From Octopus vulgaris (Eukaryota): a stretch of 64,000 bases of DNA. A program made the translations under genes and the position numbers. Numbering within the stretch: the stretch's first letter is position 1; every line of letters starts with the position of its first letter. Location of the stretch: positions 65,906,001 to 65,970,000 of the forward strand of contig OX597828.1 in the NCBI GenBank assembly GCA_951406725.2, written 5' to 3'. Of this stretch, positions 38,829-52,543 are shown piece after piece. The notes under the pieces are model-generated. The model did no database searches and was not told the origin of the DNA. It saw only the letters and a program-made list of their open reading frames with translations.

Positions 38829-41800
38829 ATTGTCTTTGCCTAACCTGCATGTAGGTGCCCCTGGTCCTTGTAGAAACTGTGCCAATTGGTGGCGTGATGA
38901 AAGGAACACATACCTATGCTTTTGATGAACTGGATCTCATTTGGTTGAGGAATTCTTTAATAATTCTTATCTAGATTATTCTGCCTCTTTTTCATTTTAT
39001 ATTGTTCGCCCACTTTTTTTTACCCAAATTCTCTTTTGTCTTTTGTTTCTTTTTTTCTTTCCTTTTGGCTCATCTTCATCGTTATTCTCAGATGGCAAAC
39101 TGACAGAATTGTTTTTCTGTGTTGGACAAAATGCTTAGCAGCATTTCGTCCGGCTCTCCACTTTCTATTTTGAAATTTCGCCAAGGTCAACTTTGCCTTT
39201 CATCCTTTTGAGGTCAAAAAATAAATACCAGTCAAGTGCTGGGGTTGATGTAATCAACTAAGCCTCTCCACTTAAAGTAGCTGGCCTTGTGCCTAAATTA
39301 GAAATACTACTACTACTACTATTATTATTATTATTAGATGGCCAGCTGGCAAAATTGTTTAATGTGTCAGAGAAAATGCTTTGTGGTATTTTATCTGATT
39401 CTTTAAGTTCTAAATTGAAATTTCTCCAAGGTTGACTTTGCCTTTCGTCCTTTCGAGGTCAAAAAATAAGTACCAGTCAAGCACTGGGGCTGATGTAATC
39501 AACTAACCCCTTCCCTTAAAGTAGTTGACCTTGTGCCTAAATATCATTATTACTACTACTACTACTACTATTACTTAAGGCAGTGAGCTGGCATAATTGT
39601 TAGCACGCTAATCGAAATACTTAGCAACATTTCATCTGTCTACACATTCTGAGTTCAAATTCCACTGAGGTTGACTTTACTTTCCATCCTTTCAGCATCA
39701 ATAAAAATAAGTACCAGTTGAATACTGGGGTCAATTCAATCGACTCACCCCTCCCCGAAATTGCTGGCCTTGTTACCAAAATTTGAAATCATTATTACTG
39801 TTGTTAATATGGTGATGGTGTGGACTGGCAGAATCGTTAGATCATAGAAGAAATGACTTGCTACAATTCGTCCCAGCTCTTTACATTCTAAGTTGAAATA
39901 TCCCTGAAGTCAAGTTTGCCTTTCATCCTTTGTGGGGTGGGGGTCGATAAAATTAGCATCAGTCCAGCACTGTGATCAATGCAATTGACTTACCCTTTCC
40001 CTCAAAATTGTTGGCCTTGTGCCAAACATTAAGAATTATTATTCTTAATTTTACTTCTCTCTTTTTGGGTAAATATTCTTTGGGTTATTTTCTTTTACTT
40101 TTTTTCATTCGATATAATTATTATTATTATTCCTTTACCATTAATTTCCAAGTTGTATTTAATATCTTTAAATTCAAAACCTGGTTAAAAACTAAAGACA
40201 AGAATACAATGGTGTTTCAGGAGTTCCAGGAGCCATCCTCTTTACACTCTCCAAATGTATTATTAATATTCCCTACTGGCTGTAGTCACTTCATTTGTAC
40301 TTTAAGCATTAAACCTTTGAAATATATCCAGTTTACTTACTAGACTGTGTTTAATGTGTTTTCAGTTTATTTTTTAACATGCTTTTTAATCATTGAAATT
40401 GTTTTTAAAAGGGGTTTTGTTTTACTATTGTATTAATAAAATTTGATTTTGGTGGGGAAAGTATGTATGAGTGTGTGTTCAATTCTAAATACTGCAAACA
40501 CTGTTTGTGATTCTGGTTTGTTGTTCTACCCTGGAGCATTTCGGGTAGTAGTTAGTCTGCATAAACTTTCAGTTTCGGCAGTGCATTGCTGAATACTGTT
40601 ATCTGTAAACCCCCCCCCCCCCACTTATTAATTCTCTACTTCCAATAAAAAAAAAGAATACTCTTTCCATAACTGTATTTACTAAAGATTTTGAGAAATG
40701 ACATAGGAATGTTCCTAATTAGTTATCTCTTCATTATGCTTTCCGTATGCATGTGGAATGTGAGCATATGTGTGTGTTGTATTTAAATAATTTCTTGGCA
40801 ATGGTGAGAAAACTATGAAGTAGAATGTAACACTGAATGTATATAAAGTTAGTGATTTATAATTTATTTCATCTTCTCCACTAAATAACTTGTATTTATC
40901 TGACTTCAAAATTGACCTTCATGACTCAGAATATATTCATCATGCTGACATAGGATTCTCCTCCTCCTCCTTATTTTTCATCTTTTCTATGGCAGCACTC
41001 ACAGACATGGAACTTACATGTCTCCTAATTTCTACTGAATCAGAAAGTGTTTTAGTTTTTTTCATATTGTTTTTATTTCATTATCTTTCCTACAGTTCAG
41101 CTCTTTAATCAAGGCGAAATATGCATGACAGTCTCTAGTAATTAGCTATCTTGTGTGTGTACACATGCAAGCAAGCACACATGCACACACACACACACAC
41201 ACACACTTACTCACTCACTCACACACACACAAATAGATAGTAAATAGATGTATAAGGTGTTTTTATTTCATTTTGGTTTTGGAGTTTCTTTAAAATCAAG
41301 ATTCAAAGCCAAACCATATAACAGGTTGGCAATTTTATTATTATTATTATTATTTGCAGTGGAGAAGCCAAAATGACCACGGGATAGATGACATGTTCTT
41401 TGCTGTAATCCCTCCAGCATCAACTTTTATCCTTTTATCCATCCACAGTTGATAAAATAAGAATCAGTAGTCAAATACTGGAGTAAAATCAACTATTCTT
41501 TTTTACCAAAATGTGTAGCTTTGTGCCTATGCTAGAAATTATTATCATCATCATCTCTTATTTGAAGAATTTCAGTAATACTTCATTGCGTCAAAGTTTT
41601 TCTTTTCCCTGAGAAAATTATAATTTTCCTAACATAAATCTGAAACATGGGGAAAATTTTAATCAACTAATAATGTGTAAGTTTGTCATCAAACTTTTTA
41701 AAATTGTACCAAGTTTTTTTTTTTTTTTTTTGCATAATTGTTTCCTCACCCTCTCTGTCTTTTCAGTCTCTCTCTAAAATTGGGTATAAATTTTAAAACT

Positions 41801-43380
41801 CAATGTGACATCTAGTCTAACAATTATTATAAACTAATCGGAAAGTCTCAGTAGATATTAAAACCCCACTCTGGAGCTATTATTGTTATTGCTTCCATTT
41901 GTAGGTATCATGTGGTGTGTTGTATGTGTGTGCAACAAGGAGTTGAGCTGTTCTAATCCTAGGTTTTTAGCATTGTCAAAAACAGTCTTGCCACAAATAC
42001 ATGCATCCCTTATTAACACACTTTTAATAAAAATAAACAACTTTTACCAATATGCGACAACTATTAACTTATACCAAAGAAGAGATTTTCAGGTAGCTGA
42101 TATAGTGTGGAATGTACAACATACCATCATACAATCAGTAAGTTCTCACCTAACAGAAACAGCAACCTTGTTTAATATATCTTTTAAATGGGAAGGAAAG
42201 ATATGGGAAACTGGAGAATTACTTAAGTAATTTCATCTCTTTTCATGTATTATTTTCTTATAAATCTGATTCTTTTGTAGAAATGTTAGAAGTGTCTTTA
42301 TATTTGTATGTTTTTTTTTTTATTATGAAATATTAGAGAAGTTGTTTTTAGGTTTTTATGCTTGGTTTGTGTGTTTGACTTGGTTTGTGTGTGTTAATCC
42401 TATATTTATACACATACCTATTTATGTATGCCTCTGAATATATGTATATAAACACACGTACATGTACATACTCTAAACATACACACACACACATGTATAT
42501 GTGTGTGGAAACAGTAATTTCTAAAAGAAATATTCTTCACTTAACACTGTAGTACCATTTGTGGAAATGTAATTATGCTGATTCCAAATAGTTCTTTAAA
42601 TAAAATCTAAGATTCTAATTTCATTTGCTTTAGAATTTATAAGCTAGGTATATTACAGGCAAACATCCAAATGCATTCAAGCATGTAAAACTGCGATATA
42701 TATACATCAAATTTTGATGTCTCAAAATGGGTTTCCGGGTCAGATTTAGACATTTGTTCTAATTTTAATTTTTTGTTTTTGTTTGTTTCTTTCTTTCTTT
42801 TTTTCCATTTTTCTTTTATACTTTTAAAACATTTGACTTGTTTGATAATTCATAAGTATAGTGACCATCAACTACAATATTTCATATTAATAACACTGTT
42901 AAAAATAAGTATGAAATATCTGTGAGACTGTTGTTTTTGTCTCTTTTTTTGTCTTTTTTTTTTTGTTTGTTATTTTAACATTATGCCCATCATTATGCAT
43001 GATCAAGAAATATTTTAAGTTTACATATGTCAATAAAGTATCATATACAACATGTTGAAATATTTAAAACGTTTTCTTTTGCTTTTCAATAGCAAGTTAA
43101 AATATTTGAGACAGTAGAATTATTTGTGTCTCAGTTGTGCCATTAGAAATGATTGATTAATCTGTAGTAGAACCTTTGTATTGATATTGCCAAATCACAT
43201 TCTGTAAAATCATATTGTATAAAAAGTAAATCTCACATTAAAGGACAAAGAACAAGCTAAACCGTTTTCTTTTCATATTGCAAAAATATTCCGTTAGGTT
43301 TACATTATGGTTTCAATATTTTAGCGGTGTAAATTTTGGCCTTAAAAACAAATTAATGCGATTCCAGTGTGCCAATAAAA
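38829..43380 (+). other. Probable long 3' UTR; true end uncertain
   Basis: U-rich, mostly unique sequence after the stop; candidate AATAAA at 40435, 43032 and 43374. Confidence 0.4.
39090..40042 (+). mobile_element. Four head-to-tail family-B SINE copies
   Basis: Copies start near 39090, 39338, 39578 and 39816, each with a gtcaactttgcctttcatcc-like core and separated by (tat/tac)n tails. Confidence 0.85.
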
Positions 43381-44304
43381 TGTCTTGGGATTCTAAATCT
43401 CTCTTTGAAAAATTCTCTTACTTTTAATTAGAATTTCTCTTCCTCCACCCACACCAAAATTTCTTCCTGATATTCTAAACAATATTCTAAAATTCTATTT
43501 AATCTTTCTAGGTTTTTTAGTTTTCTTTAGTTTTTTTTTTTTTTTTTTTTTGGTTTTTGTTTTTAAAATTCTGTTCTCTCACAAGAACTTCAACATTGAC
43601 ATGATAATGATCTTAATCTTGATGTAGACAAAAACTATAAAACTAGAGATTTCCTTTAAACTTTTTTTTTTCCTGCCCACTAATTTTAGGCTCTAAATAA
43701 TCTTAATGAAGCACCTGATCTACCTGTTTCTTCATTGTCATCACTGAAGATATGTTTGTTTTTTTGGAGACATTGTTGGGACATTGTGACATCAAATGAA
43801 ATTACAAAATACAAATTCACACAATTGTTTCTTCTTTGTAAAATGCTTTCCCTATTTCTTTGTTAATCTTCTTCAGCATGTATTAAACAAGTTACGAAAT
43901 TTCATACAAATGTTGTTTCTTTCTTTTTTTGTCTTTTTAAAACAATATCCATACACAATGTTTACAAAATTGGAAAATATCAGTAGCACTCTTTGGTACC
44001 TTTAGTTGAGTCCACTTTATTACAGGTATTTTGGCCAGGTGCCTCATCTGAGTGGTGTAACTTATTCCCTTACACCAGTTACGGACCACTTGAAGGCAGT
44101 TATGGGTGCTACCCTTCTTACTCTGACCAAGATAGCAAAAAAAGAACTTGTAAAATCAGTCACAAGATTCTTTTTTTGGAATTTAATTCCTTACCATCTC
44201 CATTAACTTATGTGAAATATTAGATATGAACAAGGACATTCTATGCATTGATAACTGGATGCAGATTAATCCATGATAAAAGAAAAATTTTTTTTTAATT
44301 TAAT

Positions 44305-44615
44305 TAGCACTCTGTCAGTTATAAGGACGAGTGTTCCAGTTGATCCAATCATCGGAATAGCCTGCTCGTTAAAAATGTGCAAGCGGCTAAGCATTCCTCA
44401 GACATGTGCACCCTTAGTGTAATTCTCAACAAGATTCAGCGTGACACAGAATGTGACAAGGACAGCCCTTTAAAATACAGGTATTACTCGTTTTTGCCAG
44501 CTGAGTGGACTGGAGTAACGTGAAGTAAAGTGTCTTGCTTAAGGACACAATGCAACACCAGGAATTGAACATACGACCATGAGTCAAATATCCGACCCAC
44601 TTAGCCACATGCCTT
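44305..44615 (-). mobile_element. tRNA-derived SINE, family E
   Basis: Minus-strand head ggcatgtggctaagtgg...gttcaattcc then gtgtccttaagcaagacactttac, a common SINE central motif. Confidence 0.75.
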
Positions 44616-44766
44616 CTTCACTCATTCATATCTGTCTGCATGAATGTACATGTAATTCCATGTTCATCGTTCCACAAACCACCAAATACATCACATCACC
44701 CGATACTATGAAACCATCTTAAAAGATATAAATACATTGTTCTGTGGTAGATCTTTTCAGCATTAA

Positions 44767-45394
44767 CCCTTTAGCATTCAAACTGGCCACATCCAGCCTA
44801 AATATTTTACCCCCTTTTTGTTCAAAACCAGTCAGATCCAGCCTTTTACCCTATCCTACAATATTATTCCCAAAGTAACTTACTTGTACTTGTGGCAACA
44901 TTCACCCTGGGTGGGTTGAGTCGGCTTCTTCCACCACCCTTGAGGCATCTCGAACCATGGCTGGAAGAAGTTTCGTGGGAATATGAATTTCACAAGAGGT
45001 CCCCAACAATCCCGCATGTAGAGACATCCTGTTTGCCGCAGATTGTCCGCAGACGCAGGGACAGAACGACCGAGGAGCCGCCAGTTACCGAAACAGACAC
45101 TCCGAGGATTTTCACTAGAAACCCCATCTGCCGGGTTGTGGCCCTAATACTACTCGGTGTCAGACCAATCCGCCTTGGGTGGCCCTACCAGGAACCGAAG
45201 TTCCCGACGGCATAGCTTTGACACTACCTGTTGCCAGTGTCCCCACCACGGTGAGGAGGGGTTAGACTTTGGGGACGCCAAAGTAAAGAGTCACATCACA
45301 GAAATCTCAAAGCTTTGAGATAATGCAGGATTAATTCAATGCAATGTGAATAAACAAGCATCACATTTGGTAGAATAATGGGAATACTAAAGGG
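44767..45394. mobile_element. piggyBac-type MITE hosting an RTE-derived insertion
   Basis: TTAA|ccctttagcattc ... gaatactaaaggg|TTAA. Confidence 0.8.
44879..45277 (-). mobile_element. Short non-autonomous RTE-derived retroelement (5' UTR fused to 3' end) with 9-bp TSD
   Basis: Minus strand gctatgccg...agggccacccaaggcgga resembles RTE/BovB 5' UTRs; caagtacaagtaag tail; ccaaagtaa at 44870-44878 and 45278-45286. Confidence 0.75.
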
Positions 45395-45782
45395 TTAAAG
45401 AATTTCTGTTTACTCAAAATTTCAAATACAAGCTTGATACCAAACAAGGTGCAGTATGTCTTGATAGCCACATTACACTCTGTTGGTCCCCATCATTTGT
45501 TATATTAGATCTGTGTTCCCTGTTGCTATGACAAGGATTTTGTTTTACTGTCAATAACAGATTAGACACTGTTGAATTTCATTCTTAATTTTGGTAATGA
45601 AAATATTTGTGTATTAACAGTTTAAATAGGATTCCTTTACAGTTATAATTATACCAGACAGCTTATACAGGCAGAGCTGTAACTTAAGAATAGACAGGAG
45701 CTAATTGAAAGGTAATGTGATAAATAAATGCACATATATTAATTAACATTATGAAAGACAAGTAGACCTAAATGATATGCAT

Positions 45783-46140
45783 CTTTTACTGGTTTTGGTC
45801 AATGGACTGTTGCTGTGCTGTGGCACTGCTTTGAAGGGTTTACTCAAATAAATCTACCCCAGTACTTTAAAAAAAATTTTTTTAAAGCTTAGTACTTATT
45901 AGTCTCTTTTGCTGAACTACTGAGTCATGGGGATATAAATAAACAAAGCAGAACATCAAATGGTGATGGGAGATATAAACAATGACACACACACACATTT
46001 ATAGGGTGAATTTCTTTTAGTTTTTGTCCACCAAATCTACTTACAAGGCTATAGAAGAAGACTCTTGCCTTAGGTGCCACACAGTGGGACTGAACCCAGA
46101 ACCATATGATTGGGAAGCAAACATCTGACCATGTAGCCAT
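45783..46140 (-). mobile_element. SINE family A, degenerate
   Basis: Colinear with the reverse complement of 142-523. Confidence 0.7.
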
Positions 46141-46366
46141 ACCTCTAACATGAAGCAATCACATGGAGATGATTTTACCACCATAGAATTTGATTGAAGT
46201 GATCCAAACTAGATACGACATGGTGGCCATTTTCAGTTCTTGTTGGATCCTTTACCAATTGTGATGCAGTTAATATAGCTTGTCATTTTCTGTGTGCTCT
46301 GTTTTTAAAGAGATGGCAGAAATATGAAATAACTAAGAATGCAAAAGTTGTTATATAATTACATAT

Positions 46367-46750
46367 TCATCATCATTTAACGTCCGCTTTCCAAGCTAGC
46401 ATGGGTTGGACGATTTGACTGAGGTCTGGTAAACCAGGCTCCAATCTGATCTGGCAGAGTTTCTACAGCCAGATGCCCTTCCTAATGCAAGCCACTCTGA
46501 GAGTGTAGTGGGTGCTTTTACGTGTCACTGTCATGAGGGCCAGTCAGGCGGTACAGGCAACGGCCATGCCCAAATGGTGCTTTTTACGTGCCACCTGCAC
46601 AGAAGCCAGTCCAGCGGCACTGGTTACGACCTCGCTTGAATGTTTTTCACGTGCCACCAGCCCAAGTGCTAGTAAGACGACATGGTAACGATCACACTCG
46701 AATTGGGTGCTTAACGTGCCATTGGCACAGAGGCCAGCTTGTTGCTCTGG
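46367..46750 (-). mobile_element. RTE-tail element, family C
   Basis: (cat)n tail plus family-C body. Confidence 0.85.
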
Positions 46751-47136
46751 CAATAAATAATAGCAACGTGGGCTTGGAGAAAATTATTTGTCATATAATT
46801 CTTTACTAGAGTAAAATTTCTTTGACCGCTGGTATAAAGGTATGGAACTGTCTTGCATGCAGAATGTGATGTAGATTCATCAACAATGTAAGATGTGAAG
46901 AAAAAAACAATAAAAAATAACAATGTTTTGCCAGGACTGGAAGTAAGAAAATTATCCAAATTAGAAAGAAAAATTAAAATGTAGGTAAATACACAGGGAA
47001 AAGGTTATTGCTGTTATGTAATGGTGGCAGAAGTTTGGTGATGACGGGATAAAGGAGCAGTTCTTAAATGAGTTTCTTATTTTATTTTAAAATCTCTTAA
47101 AGGAACAATAATGGTCATTGAACATGCTAAAATATT

Positions 47137-47349
47137 CTTTTCTACTCTAGGCACAAGGCCTGAAATTTTGGGGTAGGGGGCCAGTCGATTAGATCAGCCC
47201 CGGTATGCAACTGGTACTTAATTTATCAACCCTGAAAGGATGAAAGGCAAAGTTGACCTCGGCAGAATTTGAACTCAGCACATTAAGACAGATGAAATAC
47301 CACTAAGCATTTTGCCCTGTGTGCTAACATTTCTGCCAGTTCACTGTCT
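47137..47349 (-). mobile_element. SINE family B with about 18-bp TSD
   Basis: tgaacatgctaaaatatt / tgaatatgctaaaatatt flank the reverse-complement family-B body. Confidence 0.85.
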
Positions 47350-47660
47350 TGAATATGCTAAAATATTTCAAGAGCAATTAAATATTTGAAAACACTTTCA
47401 TTATTCAAATGGCTGGCTCCCTTAGTTTAAGGTAAGACAAAGTATCAGTCAATGTGATGATTGAAGATGCTCCTTCACCTAGCAACACTGTACTAAATTC
47501 CTTTGTAATAGTGTCAAGGATTCCATATCATTCTATTAAGTATTAACAATCACATGTAGTAGCGTAAACAGAGATAACTATCCTATATAACAGTGTTATT
47601 TATCTTCTATGATACTGTTAATAATCACAATGTTTACCATTGGGTGTAAGCATTTATGAT

Positions 47661-47886
47661 CCCTGTGCCGGTGGCACGTAAAAAGCACCAACCAATCATG
47701 GCCGTTGCCAGCACCCACTACACTCACAGAGTGGTTGGCATTAGGAAGGGCATCCAGCTGTAGAAATTCTGCCAGATCAAGATTGGAGCCAGGTGCAGCC
47801 TTCTGGCTTCCCAGATCCTGGTCGAACCGTCCAACCCATGCTAGCATGGAAAGCGGACGTTAAATGATGATGATGATGATGATGAT
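47661..47886 (+). mobile_element. RTE-tail element, family C
   Basis: Family-C body plus (gat)n tail. Confidence 0.85.
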
Positions 47887-47939
47887 CCACTGTTGATTCT
47901 GCTAGACTTTACAGCATGAGAGCTACAACACAAGGTACC

Positions 47940-48140
47940 TGAGAGTTAGCACGCTGGATGGAATACTTAGTGGTATTTCGCCTGTCACTACGTTCTGAGT
48001 TCAAATTCCGCTGAGGTTGACTTTGCCTTTCATCCTTTCATGGTCAATAAATTAAGTACCAGTTGAGTACTGGGGTCGATATAATGGACTTAATCCGTTT
48101 GTCTGTCTTTGTTTAGCCCCTTGTGGGTAGTAAGGAAATA
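47940..48140 (+). mobile_element. SINE family B
   Basis: Matches 16194-16425 from gttagcacgc to aaggaaata. Confidence 0.8.
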
Positions 48141-48309
48141 GGTATTTACGCCGTGCCAAGAAGGCGCCATACGTATACGAAGAGTTAATTCAAATCGGAA
48201 AGATCTGTGCCTGCGACCTCTACTTATAAAAAGCTTGGTGGCATTTTCTTAGGTGTGACCAAATTTCAGTTGCAGTTTAAAAGTTTTTTTGTACATGTTT
48301 GTAATAATA
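48141..48309. repeat. Unclassified dispersed repeat, copy 1
   Basis: ggtatttacgccgt...catgtttgtaataata recurs at 53412-53561. Confidence 0.8.
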
Positions 48310-49013
48310 TTTGGGATCAATAAATTAAATACCAGTTGAGTACTGGGGTCAATGTAATCAACTTAACCCCTCCCCCAAATTTCAGGCTTTGTGCCTATTG
48401 TAGAAAGGATTATTATCCTCGTCAACATTTAATGTCTGTCTTCCAATTTGTGACGGATTTGGTAGATGGAAACCAAAAGAAGCCCATTGTATATATGTAT
48501 GTCAGACAGCTTGACAGGAACTGGCAAGGTCAGGGGCTACACCAAGTTCCATGGTCTGTTTTGGCTAGATACCATTCCTAATGTCAGCAACTTTACAAAG
48601 TGTACTGGGCGCTTTTTACATGGCACAAGAACCCACACGAAGGCTTTTAATGTGGCACCTTGGTTTTAAGATTTCAATTCTATTGTGGTGGGCAGGTCTA
48701 CTTGAGTACAGCAATGCACCACATATCTCAGTCCTTTGTCATCTAACTTAAAAACTACCCGTGGCAAATGATACTTGCCTTTTGTTTTCTCTATCTCTAT
48801 TGCTCTCTTTCATGTTCACATAACTACAGAGCCAGATCACAACCATTCCACTGTACAAAATAAACTTTATTTGCTACTTTATAATTCCCTATCAGACTAT
48901 CATATCCAAATCTTTTAACAATAAACATGATGAATCAAATACAACTTCTAATCTTTCAATTCACTTTTTAGTGATATACGCTCTTCTGCTGTATATTTTA
49001 ATTTCTCCCTTTA

Positions 49014-49484
49014 ACTTGTACTTACTTGTACTTGTGGCGACATTCACCCTGGGCAGTTTGAGTCGGCTTCTTTCACCACACTCGAGGCATTGTATTCGCC
49101 ATTGAGAATTCATGGAAGAAGTTTCGTGGGAATATGTGGATTTGACAAGCGGTCCCCAACAATCCCGTATTTAGAGACATCCTGTTGCCGCAGATTGTCC
49201 TCACACACAGGGGCAGAACGACCGAGGAGCCGCCGGTTGCCAAAACAGACACTCTGAGGATTTTCACCAGAACCCCGTCTGCCGGGTTGTGGCCCTAATA
49301 CCACTCGGTGTCAGACGAATCTGCCTTGGATGACCCTACCAGGAACTGAAGTTCTCGACGGCAGAGCTCTGACACTACCCGTTGGCAGCGTCCCCACCAC
49401 GGTGAGGAGGGGATGGACTTTGGGGACGCAGTGAGGGGGAGATGGACTTTGGGGACGCCAGTAAGGAGGGGATGGACTTTGGGG
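49014..49484 (-). mobile_element. Second copy of the short RTE-derived element, with a triplicated 5' end
   Basis: Colinear with 44879-45277; three about 30-bp repeats start at 49402, 49431 and 49461. Confidence 0.8.
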
Positions 49485-50027
49485 CTTTCAGAATTAAATT
49501 GGTTAATAATACCTGACTACTTCTTCAGAAATGAATTCATAGTTATGTGTGAGGGCACCAACTTTGAGTTTTTTACTTTAAGTAGATACTTTTCAGAATT
49601 CCATTACAGTTAGAGCATTATTTTAGTTTATGGTCACAAACTGAAACCAGAAGTCAAAGAAGAAACTCATCAAAAATTGGAAATGTCTGCAAAAATCCCC
49701 TCAGCTCAAAAATGAATGACTGGGATAAGAAGTCTACAACCCAACCACATGGTTCTGGGTTCAATCCTACTGTGTGGCACTTTGCCAAAATGTTGTTGAT
49801 AAACTACGGCAGAAATTGTATTCACCTCAACAGACGTCATTGATTGGTTGAAATTGCCGAAATGCAAGAAATTAAACAACAAATAGCTTACAAACTACAG
49901 AATTTTCTCAAGAAAACCAAGAGAAAAAGATGTTTTATGTAACACATTCTACCAGTATATGAAGTTTAAAAGTGTTTGGTTACAAAGAAATTATTTTAAA
50001 AATCTGCCGGTCAAAGCGAAAAGATCC

Positions 50028-51599
50028 GAGTAATTTCCCGCAGTAATATGACAAAGTATTCATGGTACTACCTGAGAACAGTGGTCCGGGTGCGCGTAGT
50101 CGCGCATCCGCGCTAGCTAGTCGTGACTAGTCGATCCTACAACGACTACCTAGCAAAGTAAATAAAACACAAAATAATTTTTTTACACTAAGTAAATAAT
50201 TTTTGTTAAACAAAGTAAATAAAACACAAAAACGCAAAGTAAATATTTTTTAAACAAAGTAAATAACACAAAAACACAAAGTGAGGATCGACTAGTCATG
50301 ATTAGTGAGCGCGGATGCGCTAATACGCGAGTGCGCGCACCGGGACCCCTGTTCTCAAGTAGTACCGTAATTCATGTGAAATTAAAGTTTTTTTAAAAAA
50401 CTTTTTAAAAACTTTTTTCGGACTTTTTTCAATCAATCTACGCGGGAAAAGGCGATCTTTCGTCTCTAGTAGACCTTTCCGACGATTTCCGTAAAAATTT
50501 TTTTTTTTTCCATATGGGCTTGCGGGAACTTTTGAAGTAATATACATACATATACACATACACCGAGTAAAAAATTTCAGGGCGAAGTTTCGCATGTCGT
50601 AGCGCAGATTTCCGTCGATTTCCGTAAAAAACTTTTATTTTTTTACATAAGTAATGAGAGCGAAAGAGACTAAGAGGAAGCGATTTTACGACGAGAAGGT
50701 TTCACTTTGAAGTCGGCCTGTGTGTGTTTGATGGGTGGGTGGGAGACAGACAGTATGTTGTGTAAGTGAAGTGCTTCTGTTAGTGTGTGCGAAGAGACAG
50801 AGAGAGTAATGTGTGAAAGAGAGAGATAACTGATTATTTACTCGGTGTATGTGTATCTGTATGTATGCATGTATGTGTGTGTGTGTGTATGTATCTATGT
50901 ATGTGTGTGTGTGTAAGTATGTGTGTGTGTATGTATGTATGGCCGATTCATCGTAATTTTTTACTCGGTGTATGTGTATATGTATGTATGCATGTATGTG
51001 TGTGTGTGTATGTATCTATGTATGTGTGTATGTATGTATGTATGTATGTGTGTATGTATGTATGTATGGCCGATTCATCGTAATTTTTTACTCGGTGTAT
51101 GTGTATATGTATGTCTGCATGTATGTGTGTGTGTGTATGTATCTATGTGTGTGTGTGTGTGTGTAAGTATGTGTGTGTGTATGTATGTATGTATGTGTGT
51201 GTGTGTGTATGTATCTATGTATGTGTGTGTGTGTATGTATGTATGTATGTACTCGGTGTATGTGTATATGTATGTCTGTCTCTTCACACACACTAACAGA
51301 AGCACTTCACTTACACAACATACTGTCTGTCTCCCACACCCCATCAAACACACACAGGCCGACTTCAAAGTGAAACCTTCTCGTCGTAAAATCGCTTCCT
51401 CTTAGTCTCTTTCGCTCTCATTACTTATGTAAAAAAATAAAAGTTTTTTACGGAAATCGACGGAAATCTGTGCTACTACAACCGAAACTATGCCAATTTC
51501 AGTTATCTCTTTCTTTCACACATTACTCTGTCTCTTCACACACACTAAGAGAAGCACTTCACTTACACAACATACTGTCTGTCTCCCACACCCCATCAA

Positions 51600-51630
<31 letters not shown>

Positions 51631-51972
51631 CATCAATGCTCCCATGCACGGTAACTTCAAAAGAACTTCCCTCGTCATACAATCGCTTTCTCTTAGTCTC
51701 TTTCGCTCTCATTACTTCAAAAGTTCCCGCAAGCCCATATGTAAAAAACAAAAAAAATTTTTTATGGAAATCGACGGAAAGGTCTACTAGAGACGAAAGA
51801 TTGCCCGGGAAAATACTGAGATTAAGAATATGGAAAAAATAAACACAAATTCAAATTTTTTATGAGAAACTCCGACCCAAAATTCCTCCGCCTTTCCCGC
51901 CGTCTAAAAGAAAACAAACGGCTATTTTGTCTATTTCACTTGACTTTGTCATATTACTGCGGGAAATTACTC
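50028..51972. mobile_element. Non-autonomous DNA transposon with perfect 30-bp TIRs (GAG...CTC, Sola-like termini) and nested inverted repeats
   Basis: gagtaatttcccgcagtaatatgacaaagt (50028-50057) is the reverse complement of 51943-51972; no TSD visible. Confidence 0.75.
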
Positions 51973-52090
51973 TGAAAGAAATCTTTGCAGAAGGGTGAGT
52001 AGATTGATTACATTACGTTATCGCAGTTTTGTGAGATATGACTGTTATTTTTAGCATGTGGCTAGCCTGCTTGAAGGCCTGGGGTATATT

Positions 52091-52308
52091 CTTTTACTTG
52101 TTTCAGCCATATGACTGCGGCCATGCTGGAGCACCGCCTTTAGTCGAGCAAATCCACCCCAGGACTTATTCTTTGGAAGCCTAGTACTTATTCTATTGGT
52201 GTATTTTGCTGAACCGATAAGTTACGGGGACGTAAACACACCACCATCGGTTGTCAAGCGATGTTGGGGGACAAACACAGACACACTAAAACATACACTC
52301 ACATACAT

Positions 52309-52390
<82 letters not shown>

Positions 52391-52543
52391 GACGGGCTTC
52401 TTTCAGTTTCCGTTTATCAAATCCACTCACAAGGCTTTGGTTGGCCCGAGGCTATAGTAGAAAACACTTGCCCAAGGTGCCACGCGGTGGGAATGAACCC
52501 GGAACCATGTGGTTGGTAAGCAAGCTACTTACTACACAGCCAT
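52091..52543 (-). mobile_element. SINE family A, full length, with expanded (TA)n
   Basis: Reverse complement of 142-523. Confidence 0.9.
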
